From: Sarea resinae
Lineage: Eukaryota
Direction of reading: 5' to 3'
Assembly: GCA_026026165.1 (NCBI GenBank)
Contig: JAPEUD010000004.1
Span: 434,001-498,000 of the forward strand
Length of the DNA stretch: 64,000 nt
Part shown: piece by piece, positions 1-11,234 of the stretch
How positions within the stretch are numbered: position 1 is the stretch's first letter
How the letters are laid out: the number at the start of each line of letters is the position of its first letter
Notes under the pieces: model-generated
The model's input: the letters and a program-made list of their open reading frames with translations, nothing else
The model's database searches: none
What the model was told of the DNA's origin: nothing
Program-made: the position numbers and the translations under genes

Positions 1-1211
1 TCATAGATCTGGGAGAAGCATGCTAGTATGATACGAAATTCTGCCGATCGCTTCCGCTCAATAAGACCCATAACAGAAGGGAAGTCGAGCTCATAAATCC
101 GAGCAAATGATTGCCAGGGTCCTGTCGTGGCTCGCATCATTTCTGCTGTGTTCAGTGCCATACCCTTCTGAACTCTAGCGAATAGGTCCTCTTCTTGTTC
201 GTGAGTGAGCTTTTCATACTCATAACAGACTATTCTTTTGTTCCGGAATGCAGCTTTGATAGTCTCAGGGAGTATTCTTCGGCTTGAGTGCCTACTGCCT
301 GCCGCATCGATTCCTTCTTGGTAAAACCTACCCAATGTCGGTCAATCATATCTCAAAGATCAAAAGCCAAAGTGAAAAAACCAACCATTTGCGATCCCAT
401 TTATCTTTAACAGGGATGTTTCCATTCATGAATTCGCGAATAGATGTGAGACGCTGCTTTCCATCTACACATATACGCTTTCGGCGCTTCACGCCATCAA
501 TCACCGGAAATTGAATATTGAAAATGATGGGAGGTACGTAAAAATCCTCTGAATGCCATGAGTGCTGCTTTCGACCAAAGGTTTTGTAAGACTAACCAAG
601 AAGCGAACTGATGAGCCCAGACATTCTTTCTTCTGACCAGACAACTCCACGCTGGTAGTTAGGGTTTAACTCGACCCAGGGCGAGTTGAGGATGTCTAGA
701 AGAGCAAAACCAGTTAGAGATACGATCTCGAGATCGAGCGCCTGAGGCCAACGGAAGAGAAGATATACCAATAATGTCTTTGATTGAGAAATTCCAATTC
801 GTCGGTTCTCCCAGCGGCTTCTTAGTAACAAATTCATTGGTTCTCTCTTCATCCTCACTCTCATCATCGGATTCGTCATAAAGATCATCCTCCTCTTCTC
901 GGGCCTCCTTCTTGACTCGGACACCCTCATCAAGCAAAGGCGATGAAGGCGAGTCTGAATTGTCGTGGGTATCTCGATCACTAGTAAGACTAGCAGCACC
1001 TTCAAGAACCAAATCAGCGTCTAGGCCCTTGCCAATGCGAGAATGAATAGAAGGTATGCATTTAGATGCACTCAGAAGAAAACTACAGCCGGAAAAGGGA
1101 TCTGGCGATAGAGAACGACTAGAGTCTTGCGAGTCGCGACAAAGCAAATGAGGGTAAACAAGTGTCGAGCCACTTCTCAACTCAACACCAAAAACCTGTC
1201 GAGGCAGCCAT
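1..1211 (-). CDS. DUF262 (GmrSD N-terminal / ParB-like) domain protein; spliced; 3' end lies beyond window start
   Basis: Manual splicing (introns 768-696, 596-549, 385-328, all GT..AG) gives ...LNPNYQRGVVWSEERMSGLISSLLEDFYVPPIIFN...RICVDGKQRLTSIREF...EQEEDLFARVQKGMALN, matching the DUF262 YQR, P-P-I-I and DG(Q/K)QR motifs. Acidic N-terminal region. ATG 1211 is tentative. Confidence 0.85.
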
Positions 1212-1249
1212 AGCAGAAAGCGCGACTGTCTGTGATCTGGAGATCTAAA

Positions 1250-1990
1250 CAGTTTTTAGGGATTATAAGTGTTCAAGGGGCTCAAGGCTTAAAAGGCGTA
1301 GGAGAGTTGTCGCGATTGATCTGGTCAAGTCGCGACAACTAACAGAGAGAGCGTGAGCAACAGTAATAAAATCTACAACTTACCTGCTGTCCTTAGAGTC
1401 TGTGCCATTCTTAGCTAGATAGCCAGGCGATAGAAAGAGACTCTGCAAAAGAGTGTAGAAGTCCTTAAGAAGGTAAGATAGAAGCTCTAAAGAGTGGTAC
1501 ACACAAAGAAAAACAGGTAAATCTTAAGGAATTTTAAAAAGACAGGTCTGTACTCTTTATCTACCTACCTCCTAGGTAGGCACCTTATTCACATTAGGGC
1601 TAGGTGCTAGGTTAGAGCTAGGTAGGTTAGTAGAAAGAGAAAGAAATTAAGAGAAACTACTTACCTAGTAGAGATCTAGGTTTAAAAGCAAGGTACCTAC
1701 CTAAGGTACCTAGTTCTCTATAAAGGTTCTTAGAGAAGTAGTCTGATTTATAATGTAGTGAATTCTTAGCTAAGTATTAAAGAGGCAAAGGCTAAAACTC
1801 TAGTAGATTACTTACCTTAGGTAAGGTACCTACTTTAGGTACTATCCTCTACCTAAGGCTCTTAGAAGCCTTCTTCTTAAATACTTACCTTCTTTTAAAA
1901 GAGTAATACTAAGAGTAGCTTTTCTTACACAGGCTAATCTTCTTAAAGGTATAGTAGTAAGAAGGAAAGTACTCTTCTAAATAAGAAGAG
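1250..1990. repeat. AT-rich, TpA-enriched island consistent with a RIP-degraded repeat relic
   Basis: Visibly rich in TAG/CTA/TAA words (taggtaggttagtag, tacctacctaaggtacctag) and poor in CpA/TpG compared with the flanks. No credible ORF. Confidence 0.65.
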
Positions 1991-2143
1991 GACACGTGAA
2001 AGGTGTAGTCCTCTGTATCGCAAATAGTATCACTTTTCCGCGGCTGTGAAACCCTCTTGATTAAGCTAATAGCTATGTCAAACACTACCTGAACGCCGTA
2101 TCCCTTGTCCAATATGCATCCTGTAAGTATTGCTAGCACACCG

Positions 2144-3291
2144 CTATTGATCGTCCGAATAATCGCGCAAACTCTCAATCAAAACCTTCCTGAGGCCTGC
2201 CGCCGCCCGGCCCACCTCTCCACCCTCTTTGCGTGCATTCTCGACACCTTGTTCGATCGCCGGTCGGAATGTGACAAAAAGACGTAGCCTGTCCTCCTTG
2301 TCTTCGTAGATTTCGCTTTCCTCGTCGCGCGGGGCGCCAAAGAGATTCAGATGAGCGAAGCAGTTCGATCGCTGGGGCACGAGGTGCTGCTGCGTATGCC
2401 AGAGCGGAAAGCTGGTCGCACAGCCATCGCTGTAGTCCGCAGTATCGATTGAGGCTCGCCCCACAAGACCTATTTGCAAAAAGGCCTCGAGAGTTTGAAA
2501 TTGCTTGACCTGCGCTTTCCCTTCCGATCCTGCCTTGCCAAATGAGGCCTTGGACGACCACTTTGTGGCGCCGCTATCGACTTGCCAGCCCAACATTGCA
2601 AGGAAGCACTTGAGCGTTTTGACCCAGCCCCCAGCGCAGGACACGACCTCGTACCCTGAGGTGTCCAACAGCCAGCCCAGTATGTCCAAAGAGGCGTTTC
2701 GGATGTCTGCCGCTAGATGCGTCATGCCGGCGCGAACGTAGAGCAGTAATTGCTCGACATGGTCTTCTACCTGCTCGCGTGGCAAGCTCCGCAATAGTTT
2801 GATAAGCTGCTGTCGTACGCTGTTGGATCCATCGAGGATCAAGGGTTGTAGCTTGGGCAAGATGATACCCAAAGGTAGAGGCAACGGTGATGAGACCGGG
2901 CGGGATGATATTGCGGTGGTCAAGTATGCAAGAGAATCCCGCCGCTGGGTATCGGACTTGTGGGTCAAAAGGGAGAGATGGTGTGCGAATTGTGAATTTG
3001 ATGATGGGGCGGCGGTCGAGAGGGACTGTTGGTTGAGAACGATAGCTAGGGAGAAGTGAGCGATCTCGTCCTAGACACATTCACGAAAGGGCTTTTCGGT
3101 CAGCCAACAGTGCCATACCTTTCGAGCTGAAACTGGTATCAGTAAAGTTCGAGGCCTTGGGTTTCGTCTTGCCGACTTTCAGCTTGACTTTCTGTCGCAT
3201 TCGTCAGTATGCAATGGATGCGCTCCGTCACGTAGAACATTACCTGAAAATCCTTCTTCTTCTCTTTCTTCTTCTTTGCGCTTGACCCCAT
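2144..3291 (-). CDS. IPI1: Pre-rRNA processing protein Ipi1 (Rix1 complex)
   Basis: Spliced N-terminus MGSSAKKKKEKKKDFQ|KVKLKVGKTKPKASNFTDTSFSSK|AIVLNQQSL. Body contains LILDGSNSVRQQL and YVRAGMTHLAADIR (Ipi1_N). Two introns. Confidence 0.92.
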
Positions 3292-3577
3292 CGCGCCGTC
3301 AAATCATTGGGTACTCGTCAAGGAGTGATCCCGACGTTGGCAAGAGACAAGATTGCTGAGGGAGGGAAGAGGAATGCGTGAGCCATCGCGACTCGCAACT
3401 TTTTCCAAACTTATCGATAAGCTCGCTCCACCCTCTGTGTACACTCCGCCTGTACCTCTGGTCCACTCAAACACCCCCCAATCTCCAAAGAGCGGAATCC
3501 CATACCACTGAACAGATTCCCATTGCTCCTACCAGCGCCGCCCCCGTCCCAACGGGCAGCCAAACCCGTCAATAAAA

Positions 3578-4228
3578 ATGGCGCAATCAACAGTAAACGC
3601 CCTTGAGCATTGCTCCTCCTGGTCTCTGTTAGGAGACCCCAAATTGCGCTCACGCTAATCGACGTCTCTCAGCCCGACGAAACCACCACCCTCCTGACGC
3701 GCCTCTCTCAAAAGCCAGGCGTCCAGTCCACCCTCATCCTCTCCCGCTCTACAGGTGCCATAGTCCGCACCTCTGGCCTTATCTCCACGGCTCCAGCACC
3801 CAATTCGAATGCCACATTGCCCTCGCCGTCTGCGGGTTCGGCGAATGACCTGAATGGTGTTTCAAGTGGTAGCGGTAGTAATGACGAGAGCAGCAGTAGG
3901 CTTGCCACGGGGGATGCGAGTAACGGTGGGAGGGCTGCAACAGGAGGTGGGATGAAGAGCGCAGAGGAAGTAGCAAGGATGGTATGGGCGTTCGTGGGAG
4001 CGGCGGGCGACATGGTCGAGGGATTACGCAGTGAGGGAGGAGAAGATGATGAAGTCAAGCTGTTGAGGCTGAGGACGAGGAGGAATGAGTTGGTCATTGT
4101 GCCTGGTAAGGAGGCGAACCTGTTGCCCAGAGAATTTGAACAAGTGGGCATGGTGGCTAACGTGCGGCTTGGGCTGTGCAGATTCGAAGTTCTTGCTGGT
4201 TGTGATTCATGATACACCGCCTGCTTAA
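3578..4228 (+). CDS. Dynein light chain, roadblock/LC7 family
   Basis: MAQST|PDETTTLLTRLSQKPGVQSTLILSRSTGAIVR...DEVKLLRLRTRRNELVIVP|DSKFLLVVIHDTPPA*. Two introns. Divergent from IPI1. Confidence 0.88.
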
Positions 4229-4719
4229 GTTGGAGATCCGGACAGAATCAGTGATTTCGGTGAGGGATTTGGGGGTGGAAATGCATCGATACATGGCGTT
4301 CATAAGATATCCTTGGATTTGGGAGTGAACGGACACGCCGAACATCTTCGGGAGAATGGTTGAACATTCTTATCATCCGGAAAATTGTTTCTCATCACTA
4401 GGTAGCTCTACAAAGCAGTATTCCGTAGAGAAGGGGAAGGCGTGATTATTTAGAATTCCTTGAGAGTAAATACTACCGCTATCAATTCTGCCCGTGTACC
4501 ATAAACCCGTATTACAAAAATGGGTATTCCTTATTCCGGCCACCAAATTCCCAAGGATCAAAGACCCTCTGGGATAGAAGGCTCCACAAAACGCACCCAG
4601 AGCGAGGCCCTCCACCACCATCAGATCAAGGACTCATAGCTCAGCCTCTAGCGAACACCGCGCCGAAGACTCATAAACTGGACGCCGCTCCGCTGTATAT
4701 CAACGTTATCCGTTGTCAT

Positions 4720-7700
4720 TTATACTCTTATCACATACCCAACGCCCAAAGCTCTTGCTTCCCGAATGCAGCAACTAAGACAAGTTCTCTCGACCCTACC
4801 TACAATAGCACTCTCTCCTTTCTGCGTGCACCATGCCCTTGCTAGCAAATCCGCCACGCGGCCCCCACCCCTGGCGTCGATGAAATGCACTGTATTCCTC
4901 TTCACTTCTTGAGGCGGCTCAGAAGGATACAGCAACGAAGACAAAGGAAGGATGTCATAAGCGTAATCTTTGTGCAAGGGATGCACGAGACGGTTGTGAC
5001 GCGGGGGTGGTTTCGACGGTAGTCTGGAACCGCGCGGGGTAGATGGAGGAGAGAGGAGGTGTGTATGGAGAGGGGCATGGCAAGGATATGAGGTGATGAA
5101 ATAGACGTCATGGGAGAGGTGGAAGATCTGCTCTGTAGATGGAGGGTTCAACGCCGGATTCTCGATGGAAAAGGAGACATAAGCTGAGTAGGCGTGGATC
5201 GAATCTATCTCTTCTGCTCCTGGGAGATGAGGGATCTTAGGCTGATTGTGCGTCGGAAGAAGGGTCAGTCCGCCAAAGGTTAATGTTAGCCCCGGATCCG
5301 TCACTTCTTTGTCGTAAGGCAGTGTGAAATCTCCGGGTAGAATGCCCGCATCCTCGTCATCTCTGCCTAGTACTTCTGACTCTCGAGCGATCCGCGCCCC
5401 CTCCTTGATTCTAGGTTTCCCATGCGACCTCACCATTTTAGCTTCGACATCAACCCAGCCTTCTTTGAAATCATGAGGGACGACTGGAGCACAAATCCAG
5501 CCCATGCATTCAGTACTGCCTTCAAGGACCGCAAGAACACGGCCAACGATACAGGCTTTGCTCCACCAACTTCGACCCTCATACACAATACCGCCATATA
5601 GATTGGCTGAATCACCAAGTCTTTCTATTGCGTTGGCATCATTTTCTAGCAACGCTGAGATGAGGAAATGAGATATCGCCTCTCCCGGGAGGACAAGACC
5701 GGTCAGCCAAGATTTACTCAGCCAACCTCCTGGCCCTTGAGCATTAGTAGTGCTGAGGACAGATGAGCTTGCTATTCGCGAATATTGTGAGGGCGAGTTC
5801 CGTCTAGCGGCAGGTCTGGAGGAGGGAAAGTAGCCACTTTTTGTGCTTGTTGCTGATGGCGGCACCGAGGAAGGAGTGATGGCAGGGCTAGCGTGAGTAC
5901 TCTGGCTAGGCGTTTTGAAAGCTGAAGGCGAGGCAAGTTTGATCTCGAGACGGGTTGCAAAAGTATCCAGATGAGGCCAATTTATTGTTCGAGCAAAGTG
6001 TAATAGGCCCGCCAGCTGACGCTTTGGATGTCGTGGAAGGAGTAACGCATCGATGTTCTCACCGTGGACCTGAGAACGCTCTCCATGATGGATCAGATGA
6101 TTTTCGACAGCACTAGTCCAGAACCAGCCTGGCTTTTTAGGAGGCGGCTTCTGTTCGTGGGTTGGAGTAGACCCCCCCGGTACCGAGGCAGACAAGTCGT
6201 ATTCGACGACATGAATATTTTCCAAAAAACGTCGAGCTACAATCAAATCCCAGTCGACCTTGAGCGTTCGTAGTCGGTTGAAATGACGTATCTGTTTGGT
6301 GGTGACGTGGAGATCCTCGACCACCTCAGTAGCTGAGGCTTTGACAACGGCGTCCAGGCGCAGAAGAAGTTCACAAGCCAACAATATCTGCAATAAGACT
6401 AATTTACGCTCCGCTTTCGCATCCGTCTTTTCGGGCTCCTCTGAAGTATGCCCGTAGTCCGCCTGCTGCTCCGGATCACCCCATAAGATTTGTCCTATGC
6501 GTATTCTCCACTCCACTAGATTGAAGTCTATCCATATCAGCTTGTGAGAGAGTACCTTTACCAAGGACTCAACCTGGACCTTCAAGCTGTACGGATCATG
6601 AGCGTCTAGATCCTGCACTCGGGTTGGAGGGTAGAGGATTCTCGTGAAAAGGTCCGTATATAGATCCTCGTGGGAGGAATGCTTCAGTATCGTCTCCTGG
6701 TGGCCTTCTTGGCCGAAGGTGTGGTACATGTCCCCAAGGGCGTGTAAACGAGCCACAATGGTCTTCATATCGACGCTACGAAGACCGATCTTCTTCCCTC
6801 TCTTAGGCCCTTCTCGTAGAAATTTCGAGCGCTGTGGACTGTCAAGTTCTCGCTCTCCGTTCCCTGTCGGCTGGGTATCTTCGCCACTTTGCAGAGCATC
6901 CGCAATCGGCAGCTCTAGAAAATGATCGAAGCCCACGGTCCCTGGCTCTGTTCCTTGAAAACTGAGCATGCTGGGCAATTCGTGTAACCCTATATCGAAA
7001 GCGCCCTTCCACTGACGATCCTCGGCCTCTCCCGGACGGTTCCCAGCTTTCAAGGTCCGATCAGGAAGAGGGAGATGAGGTTTTAGAGTCGAGGTGGAAA
7101 ACGACGGATGCGGAAGCCTTGGGCAATCGCTCACATCTCTGATCTCTAGTTTCAGATCCCACAAGAAGGCGGCATAAGCCTGCGGCTGCCCCTCATAATT
7201 TGGTTCAACATAGAAGTGTGGGGCCCCAGAGAAGAGGGCGCGCACATCTGCCGAGCTCAACGGGTCGATTTCTCTCTGCATAACCCTTGGTTGCAGCACC
7301 GGTGGAGCTGATGATGTGGTTGGCTGGGCTTCGGGAGTAGATGATATCGTTGGCTGGGCTTCGGGAGCAGATGCTGAAGGTGGAGTAGGCGATGACTTGC
7401 TAGTATTTGCTGGGGGTGACTGCGATGCCGATTGCGATGCGCCATTGAGAGTAATTGGCGGTGTCGTTGTCTGCTTGGAAGGTAGCGTTTGGCTGTTAGC
7501 AATTATCCTACTATATGGAGAAGGTGGCACTCCGCTTGTGCTCGCGGCCAAGGTGGCTTCCCTATCAAGCACGCGCACTTTCACTCCCCGTCCTCTGATC
7601 TCACTCGAGATTAGGCCATTGTGCGCACTGCTTACTTTAGAAGGTTCAATCTCGTCTGGGGCAGCTTCCTTCTGCGGCTGGGTTGGAGTTTTGCTCATCA

Positions 7701-7809
7701 GATCGCGCAAGAACTTGCGCTTGCTCGACTTCTGAGCAGTCGCGACGCTGTCTTCCTTCTTCTCATCTCTGACGGACTTGGATCGCCTCAGCAAGTCAGA
7801 AAGAGGCAT
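4720..7809 (-). CDS. Conserved fungal hypothetical protein (~1029 aa), intronless
   Basis: Long ORF, first ATG 7809 (MPLSDLLRR). Low-complexity N-terminus, then globular blocks (FSGAPHF, EWRIRIGQILW, WLTGLVLPGE, LARAWC...TCLSCCIREA). Confidence 0.85.
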   Translation of the reverse strand: MPLSDLLRRSKSVRDEKKEDSVATAQKSSKRKFLRDLMSKTPTQPQKEAAPDEIEPSKVSSAHNGLISSEIRGRGVKVRVLDREATLAASTSGVPPSPYSRIIANSQTLPSKQTTTPPITLNGASQSASQSPPANTSKSSPTPPSASAPEAQPTISSTPEAQPTTSSAPPVLQPRVMQREIDPLSSADVRALFSGAPHFYVEPNYEGQPQAYAAFLWDLKLEIRDVSDCPRLPHPSFSTSTLKPHLPLPDRTLKAGNRPGEAEDRQWKGAFDIGLHELPSMLSFQGTEPGTVGFDHFLELPIADALQSGEDTQPTGNGERELDSPQRSKFLREGPKRGKKIGLRSVDMKTIVARLHALGDMYHTFGQEGHQETILKHSSHEDLYTDLFTRILYPPTRVQDLDAHDPYSLKVQVESLVKVLSHKLIWIDFNLVEWRIRIGQILWGDPEQQADYGHTSEEPEKTDAKAERKLVLLQILLACELLLRLDAVVKASATEVVEDLHVTTKQIRHFNRLRTLKVDWDLIVARRFLENIHVVEYDLSASVPGGSTPTHEQKPPPKKPGWFWTSAVENHLIHHGERSQVHGENIDALLLPRHPKRQLAGLLHFARTINWPHLDTFATRLEIKLASPSAFKTPSQSTHASPAITPSSVPPSATSTKSGYFPSSRPAARRNSPSQYSRIASSSVLSTTNAQGPGGWLSKSWLTGLVLPGEAISHFLISALLENDANAIERLGDSANLYGGIVYEGRSWWSKACIVGRVLAVLEGSTECMGWICAPVVPHDFKEGWVDVEAKMVRSHGKPRIKEGARIARESEVLGRDDEDAGILPGDFTLPYDKEVTDPGLTLTFGGLTLLPTHNQPKIPHLPGAEEIDSIHAYSAYVSFSIENPALNPPSTEQIFHLSHDVYFITSYPCHAPLHTHLLSPPSTPRGSRLPSKPPPRHNRLVHPLHKDYAYDILPLSSLLYPSEPPQEVKRNTVHFIDARGGGRVADLLARAWCTQKGESAIVGRVERTCLSCCIREARALGVGYVIRV
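7310..7373 (-). repeat. Intragenic 30-bp tandem duplication encoding APEAQPTISS/TPEAQPTTSS
   Basis: gatgatgtggttggctgggcttcgggagta followed by gatgatatcgttggctgggcttcgggagca. Confidence 0.85.
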
Positions 7810-8254
7810 GGCAGGCGAGTCTAGGAAGGAAACATGGGAGAGAAGAGGAAAAATCGTTGGGAAGCACAAGGTATGGATTGGAAGATGACGGGAAGGGGAC
7901 CTGGGGGTTAGGCCAAGGGGGATTGGATGGGAAACAACAAGCTACCTTGAGGTATGGAGGTCTCTCGAGAGCCATTCCCCGGTCCCCAGGTTGGCCATGA
8001 GGTAGCCGCAGCCCGCAGCCCGCAGCTGTTCGAACACGAGTAGATTAGATGATCAGATACAGCCGACTCTTGTACGGGGAACGAGGGACGAGGGTACACA
8101 GCGGCACTTCTTCTTGCGCCCGGCATCCGGTTCGTGCAGGGGTAGCGACAGGTACTTCCAGTACTGCCGAGCACTGAAGTACTGAGCCTTCCCGTCCATC
8201 AGCCGGGTGATGTGATGTGGACGTGGAAGCCTCGGCTGGTGGGACGTGGAACTG

Positions 8255-8298
8255 AGAGAGAGAGAGAGAGAGACAGAGAGAGAGACAGAGAGAGAGAC
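8255..8298. repeat. (GA)n/(GAGACA) microsatellite
   Basis: gagagagagagagagagagacagagagagagacagagagagagac. Confidence 0.9.
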
Positions 8299-8762
8299 AT
8301 GCCACCATGTCGTACCACGGAGTACTCCGTACTACATAGGTACGTGGTCACGTACCACTCATACCGAGAGGAGAGAGGATGCTACCTCGCCCTGGAGTAT
8401 TTACCTACTTCCCATTTAGCCATCTCCACCGTTCCCAGCATGCGTCCCGCCGTCACTACTGAGCTGTAGTATCAAACCCTTGTTCCTCTTCACGAGGATG
8501 GCGTGGCTTCAGCGTGAGGCTATTAGCGTCGGCCATCACGCGTCAACCATATCTCAAAGCCCCCAGAGCTGATCTTCTTGATGACTGGATACAGATCCCC
8601 AAAGCCTGGGAGAGTTCCATTTTCCCCACCCTTTCTTCGGACATGTAGGTAAAAGAGGTGGGAGAATGTTCTGAAATTTCATCGCTCTGCATCTTCTATC
8701 CCCGTCTGTAGAGTCTGATGCTCCCTCCATGATGACGGAAATCTATCATCCAAAAAGACTAC

Positions 8763-10148
8763 TCACTGATTGGCCTGGTCCCCCCAATCATCAAGTACCC
8801 GAGTCTGACTTTGCTCCAGCTTGCGTCGGACGAAATCGTCGATGCCCCGTCTTTCCTCTTCCGTCAAGAGTCCAAGTCTCTGCTCAAGTGAAGCCTCCTT
8901 GCCAAAGAATCGTTGATCTATCCATCTCCAATAGATGGAATCGAATGCCCAGCTCCTCTGCAGAGCATAACTGACCCAAAATGCACCACTCTCCCAATTC
9001 TTGCGCATACGCACAGAGAGGATGTCTTCCGGCCTTAAAGTGCCCTTTTCCAGTTCTGTCTGCTCCTTCTCTTCTAAGACGCGAAGGAACGTCTGCAGAC
9101 GTGGCTCGTAAACTGCGGCCCAGTCCGCCAATCCATTGGGCCAGTACTCTGGTCGTTCCAAAAGAAGCCAGAACGGCGGGCTGTAAGTGAACTCTGCGGG
9201 TGCAGCATATGTAAACTCCCAGTCGATGACGGCGACGACCTTGAATTCAGAATTGACGAGGAAATTGGTCGGGCGGAGGTCATCACAAAAGAGCTTGAAA
9301 GGGCTCGATGTTAATTCTGGATCGTGAAGCCGTGAGCGGTCTGCCAGCTGAAGGAAAAGGTGTCTTGCTATATATTTCTCGCGGCAGTCCTCGGCCGACT
9401 CAATGGCATCGTTTCGCTGGGTTGAGAGGTGTGTAAGGTGTGTTTGGGCTATTTCTGAGAAATAGGATAGCGTAGTGTCGAAGGTTTCGGATGGTAGCTT
9501 AGCTTTCGGGAAGTTTCCCAGTTGCACCAATTCGTTCATGTTCATTGTCAACGGTCGCTCGGTCACAGACCAGTTGTACTCTTCAGCTTCGACCGGGGAG
9601 CCAATCCGGGGGAATGAGAGCTTAGATAATTGCAAAAGGGTATCGGCAATCTGTCCATAGGCAAATTCGAGGCGCTCAGGGGCTATATTTGGATCGAGAA
9701 TGGGCCTATCTTCCATCGGTATGCCTGGCGTATTCAACGCATCGACAAGGTCGTAGACATGCTCGATATATTCCATGATGATGAATGGGCCAAGACCACA
9801 GGGACTCTCATCCGTCATGCCATAATGAAGAATGAAAGGCACCGGGATACTCGTCTGATCATGGAGAAGCCGAATAATAGCCACTTCTTTCCGCACTTTT
9901 TCTTCCGGAAACTTGATTCGGCCTGGGTCGGGAAATCGTATCATGGCAAACCCTCCGTCCAGGAACTTCATCTTCAGATGGATATTGAATCCGCCTCGAG
10001 TCGGAGCAAATAACTCCTCTGGGACACCACCCCGGTGTTTGGCAATGAGCTTAGCGATTGCTCGATATGATTCTTCCGTGCGCAGCTTCTTCAACCATTC
10101 ATCCCCCACCTCGTCGGACTTTTCCCAGGCAACGTCATCGTAATTCAT
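8763..10148 (-). CDS. Aminoglycoside phosphotransferase (APH/choline kinase-like) family protein
   Basis: RGGFN P-loop-like motif, IRFP...EVA, FIIMEYI, catalytic CDDLRPTNFL and VIDWEFTY. ATG 10148 (MNYDDVAWE). Confidence 0.88.
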   Translation of the reverse strand: MNYDDVAWEKSDEVGDEWLKKLRTEESYRAIAKLIAKHRGGVPEELFAPTRGGFNIHLKMKFLDGGFAMIRFPDPGRIKFPEEKVRKEVAIIRLLHDQTSIPVPFILHYGMTDESPCGLGPFIIMEYIEHVYDLVDALNTPGIPMEDRPILDPNIAPERLEFAYGQIADTLLQLSKLSFPRIGSPVEAEEYNWSVTERPLTMNMNELVQLGNFPKAKLPSETFDTTLSYFSEIAQTHLTHLSTQRNDAIESAEDCREKYIARHLFLQLADRSRLHDPELTSSPFKLFCDDLRPTNFLVNSEFKVVAVIDWEFTYAAPAEFTYSPPFWLLLERPEYWPNGLADWAAVYEPRLQTFLRVLEEKEQTELEKGTLRPEDILSVRMRKNWESGAFWVSYALQRSWAFDSIYWRWIDQRFFGKEASLEQRLGLLTEEERRGIDDFVRRKLEQSQTRVLDDWGDQANQ

Positions 10149-11234
10149 GCGAACAAACACGCTCAATAAAGGGTATTGACAGCAAATTGACAGCAAACTT
10201 GAGTCGAGAAATCGGATGGGCCGTGCTGAACATCTGATGACTTGCGAGATAAGAAATGATAGGGGCGAGCGGTCACTCGTCTCGTACGACTACCTTGTGA
10301 AAATAGAGGTGAGATTGTCTCTGCGGCATTATCACCGCTACTCTTCCTTTTCTCTCCACCCTTTGACCCGTCGTTGTAATGTGCTTCCTGTCCACGTCTG
10401 AAAGCTTGACGTTTACCGTTCCTCTTCACACTTCCTCAAGGCCCATGCACGCTCGCTCAGGTCGACTTTAAAGTCATGATACTACATCAGATCCCGTCGT
10501 CCATGTGGCTATCTCAACTTGACAAGATAAGAATATTAGTGTAATTGCCGATAAACAACATTGATTGCCCTACGCAATGTTGACGAGCACCTCGTAGTCG
10601 ATGTCTGCGCAAATACAGGCGGGACACGCTTAAATTTGCTTGTGACTAAGGTACCTACTCAAGGATGCCGACCTTATAGAGAATGACGGAATCATTGAGT
10701 GTTTACCCTAAAGACTACCTCTTAAAGTGAGTGTGGGTGGCACACGACAAAACCAAAGGGACGATTGTTACCGTCACGCAGGTAATGCAGATCTACGTGG
10801 AGACAAATTACGAATCACACGTCAGCTTTGGGTCGTTCACCGCTGGAATCAGCATCAAGAGTCGTTGTAAAGGGCTGCCAACTTTCCTGGATCTCACTTT
10901 GTGATCTAAGGCAGGCCCGCGACCCTTGTCGGTACCCTAGCACGAGATATCTTGAGACACGGTCCTTTGGACAGCACTGGTTTTGCAGGACAACGTTCAG
11001 CATCATCTGAGTGGAGATTTTTATCTTTCTAGTGATCTAAGTAAACCAGAACGCTAAGCTCAAGAGGCGTCACTAGCAACGAAAGTTACTGGATCGACTC
11101 CTTAAGACGCTGAACCGGAGCTCGAGATAGCAGAGAATTGCATCGAAGGATCTCACGCATGCTAACCACCATTTCCTTTTCCCATTTCCTTGCAGCATCT
11201 GAATTCGAACGCCATGTCATCACTAGCAAGTTGC

